A stretch of 64,000 nucleotides of DNA from the human T2T-CHM13v2.0 reference genome, Homo sapiens: assembly GCF_009914755.1 (NCBI RefSeq), contig NC_060929.1. One strand, given 5' to 3'. The position numbers and the translations under genes were made by a program. Numbering within the stretch: position 1 is the first letter of the stretch; the number at the start of each line of letters is the position of its first letter. Below the pieces are notes generated by a model, which saw nothing but the letters and a program-made list of their open reading frames with translations, did no database searches and was not told where the DNA came from. Shown piece by piece: positions 61,771-64,000 of the stretch.

Positions 61771-61862
61771 AATAATGAGAGGAAGTGGTAATAAAGAGCA
61801 TATTTGTGAAAGCGGAATGAAATCTGGGATTAACTGAAGAAACGCCGCAGATTTATTCAACC
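61771..61862 (+). repeat. Local duplication C, copy 2
   Basis: Offset 1193 bp from copy 1. Confidence 0.92.
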
Positions 61863-63338
61863 TATGTTGTCTATTCCCTACTGAATAATATTTATATACC
61901 TTACCCTAGATGTCAAAGCAGTCCCCTGATCTCATCCCAAAAGACAATTCTTGCCTTGGTTTTGACTAAATCCTTTCAGACACCCTAAGTTTCACCTCAT
62001 GGATACCCTAACCCTCCCATGGACTTGCCCCTTGCTTTCCTTTCTCTGGGATGTGTCTATTATCTTACTACCTGGACTCCATATCTATTAATATATATGC
62101 AAATTGGTTTTCACTCCACATCTATGCATCCAAATTATTTCTCTCTTTCAAGGGCCCCTTTGGAAATTATGCCATGGTGGCTTCCAAGTTTCCAAAGACC
62201 CCTGGGTGCCCGGTGTCTGAATGTTCACTTCATTTTCTACTGTATATCTCTTGTGTAATTTTTCAACTCTATGATACATCATAGTCACTTCTTAAGTCCC
62301 TTTCTAAATTGAAGTCTTGGAATGAGGAGTCAAGAAACTTATCTGTAGTCTGGTTGTACAAGTCATATAATCTCACTGAGCCTGCGATGCTTCATCTTGA
62401 AAAAAAATGATGTTTATTCTGGATGATTTCTAAGGTTCTCTCCATGTCTATAATGTTTGAATGTGTGAACTAATCATAAATAATACCTGCTGAGCCATGA
62501 ACCAATTTACTTTCTTTTCATCCCAAACCTAGCAAATCTATAAGAGTTTGGGCAAAACCTAAAATCTAAAATTATTGATCTAAAATAATACAAGCCTATA
62601 AAATAGTCTCTTTACCAAAACTGAACTAAACAAGTATTTCATTAAATTTGGAATTCAGTTTCAAAAGCAAAGTATACATTTTCCTGGACCAAATATATTA
62701 TCTTTCCTAGAGTGTAGCAGATTTTGCTAATTTTGTTTCTAAAGAAAGGAAACTAGAACCAAGAGTTTAAGAGCAAAGGTTATCATATGATCTTGAAAAA
62801 CAAAGTGTCTTTATAGGCGTCACAGATGGCCAATCACTACCATAGAAAAACAAATTCAGTGCAAGCAGGATTACAGTCAGCCTCAAGAAAGAAACTCAAA
62901 ACAAAGGGAAATTTCAAAGCTAAAAGGGACTAATCACCTTTTGCAAAACCACAAAGCCCACTGGAACAGTGTGACCTGCCTCTGACAAGCTGTTTTTGTT
63001 CTCCATTTTTGGAGTGTGTGCTTCACTCCTTCCTGAAATTCTTTGACTTAGTAGCACGTGGTTTTTGAACCTCATTATTCCCAGGGCCTGAGTGTCTAAG
63101 AGTTTCCTGGGCAGCCTACCAGGAGGTGGGAGGAAGGTCCTCGTTAGCACTTTTGTGAGGCTGCTGGGAAGCCTTGGATATTGCGTGAAACAGCCAAGGT
63201 GCAGAAGTGTCCGAAGTGAGGCGCCTAGCTGTAGAACTGCCCGAGAGATTTGAGAAGAGCAGAGAGAAAATGAAAAATATATATACAGCCTCGGTAGTAG
63301 AATGAAATACATAAAAATATACATTTATTTATAAAATA

Positions 63339-63722
63339 TTAGGTTGGTGCAAAAGTAATTGCGGTTTTTGTCTTTATTTATCTATTTTGAGATCAAGTCT
63401 TGCCCTGTCACCTAGGCTGGAGTGCAGTGGTGCGCTCCAGATTTTCTGCAACCTCCGCCTCCCAAGTTCAAGCAATTCTCGTGCCTCAGCCTCCCAAATA
63501 GCTGGGATTACAGGCATGCACCACCATACCTGGCTAATTTTTGTGTTTTTAGTAGAGACGGGGTTTTGCCATGTTGCCCAGGCTAGTCTTGAACTCCTGG
63601 GCTCAAGCAATCCACCCGCCTGGGCCTCCCAAAGTGCTGGGATTGCAGGCGTGAGCCAACACACCCAGTCGGTTTTTGCCATTTTAATTGCAAAAATTAC
63701 AGTTACTTTTGCACTAACCTAA
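63339..63722. mobile_element. MADE1 mariner MITE split by an Alu
   Basis: TA-TTAGGTTGGTGCAAAAGTAATTGCGGTTTTTG...TTACTTTTGCACTAACCTAA-TA. Confidence 0.88.
63373..63670 (-). mobile_element. Alu nested in MADE1
   Basis: Antisense Alu with GGTTTTTGTC/GGTTTTTGCC duplicated on the flanks. Confidence 0.88.
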
Positions 63723-64000
63723 TATTTATAGACTATGGATATTAGTTACATTAATATACCATAAGTATACTGTACGTGTTTTTATAGAGTAATATATAGA
63801 GAACTTAAATATACCATGAAATAAGTGTTTCCTATATATAAATATATAAATTATATAGTGTGTATATATATAACTTATGCATACATATTTTTTAGGAGAT
63901 TAGAAACGATGTTTAGAGAGGCATCTAAAGATACCTTCCTGAGCATTAATATTGTTCTAACAATCAGGTAAGAAAATGTTTATAAAAGCCCTTTGTAAAC

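Overview
Human genomic DNA (it carries human-specific L1HS-Ta diagnostics and primate Alus). Almost all of the window is intronic sequence of the F-box/LRR gene FBXL7 (+ strand). The only host coding exon is a 612-bp phase-1/phase-1 exon (57256-57867, exon 3) encoding the F-box and first LRRs. The rest is repeat-rich: an old 5'-truncated L1PA7/8-like element (+, 73-5786), about 20 Alus, MaLR LTRs, DNA-transposon relics and L2/MIR remnants. The main feature is a full-length antisense L1HS Ta-0 (35804-41915) with open ORF1, ORF2 and ORF0, a 16-bp TSD and a 59-bp 3' transduction. Its ORF2 has the RT motif FADD changed to LADD and its ORF1 has R159H. Best candidate for something undescribed: the L1 antisense promoter and ORF0 point toward FBXL7 exon 3, and the first ORF0 splice donor is phase 1, matching the exon 3 acceptor. 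This predicts an in-frame ORF0-FBXL7 fusion that keeps the F-box, plus an upstream antisense-L1 poly(A) signal (gene-breaking layout). It is an inference from sequence only, with no expression evidence. Other oddities: a second tiny human-specific L1 about 660 bp away, three short non-tandem local duplications, an AT-rich palindrome and a (GGAA)14 microsatellite. Repeat subfamily calls and comparisons with consensus were made by eye from memory.
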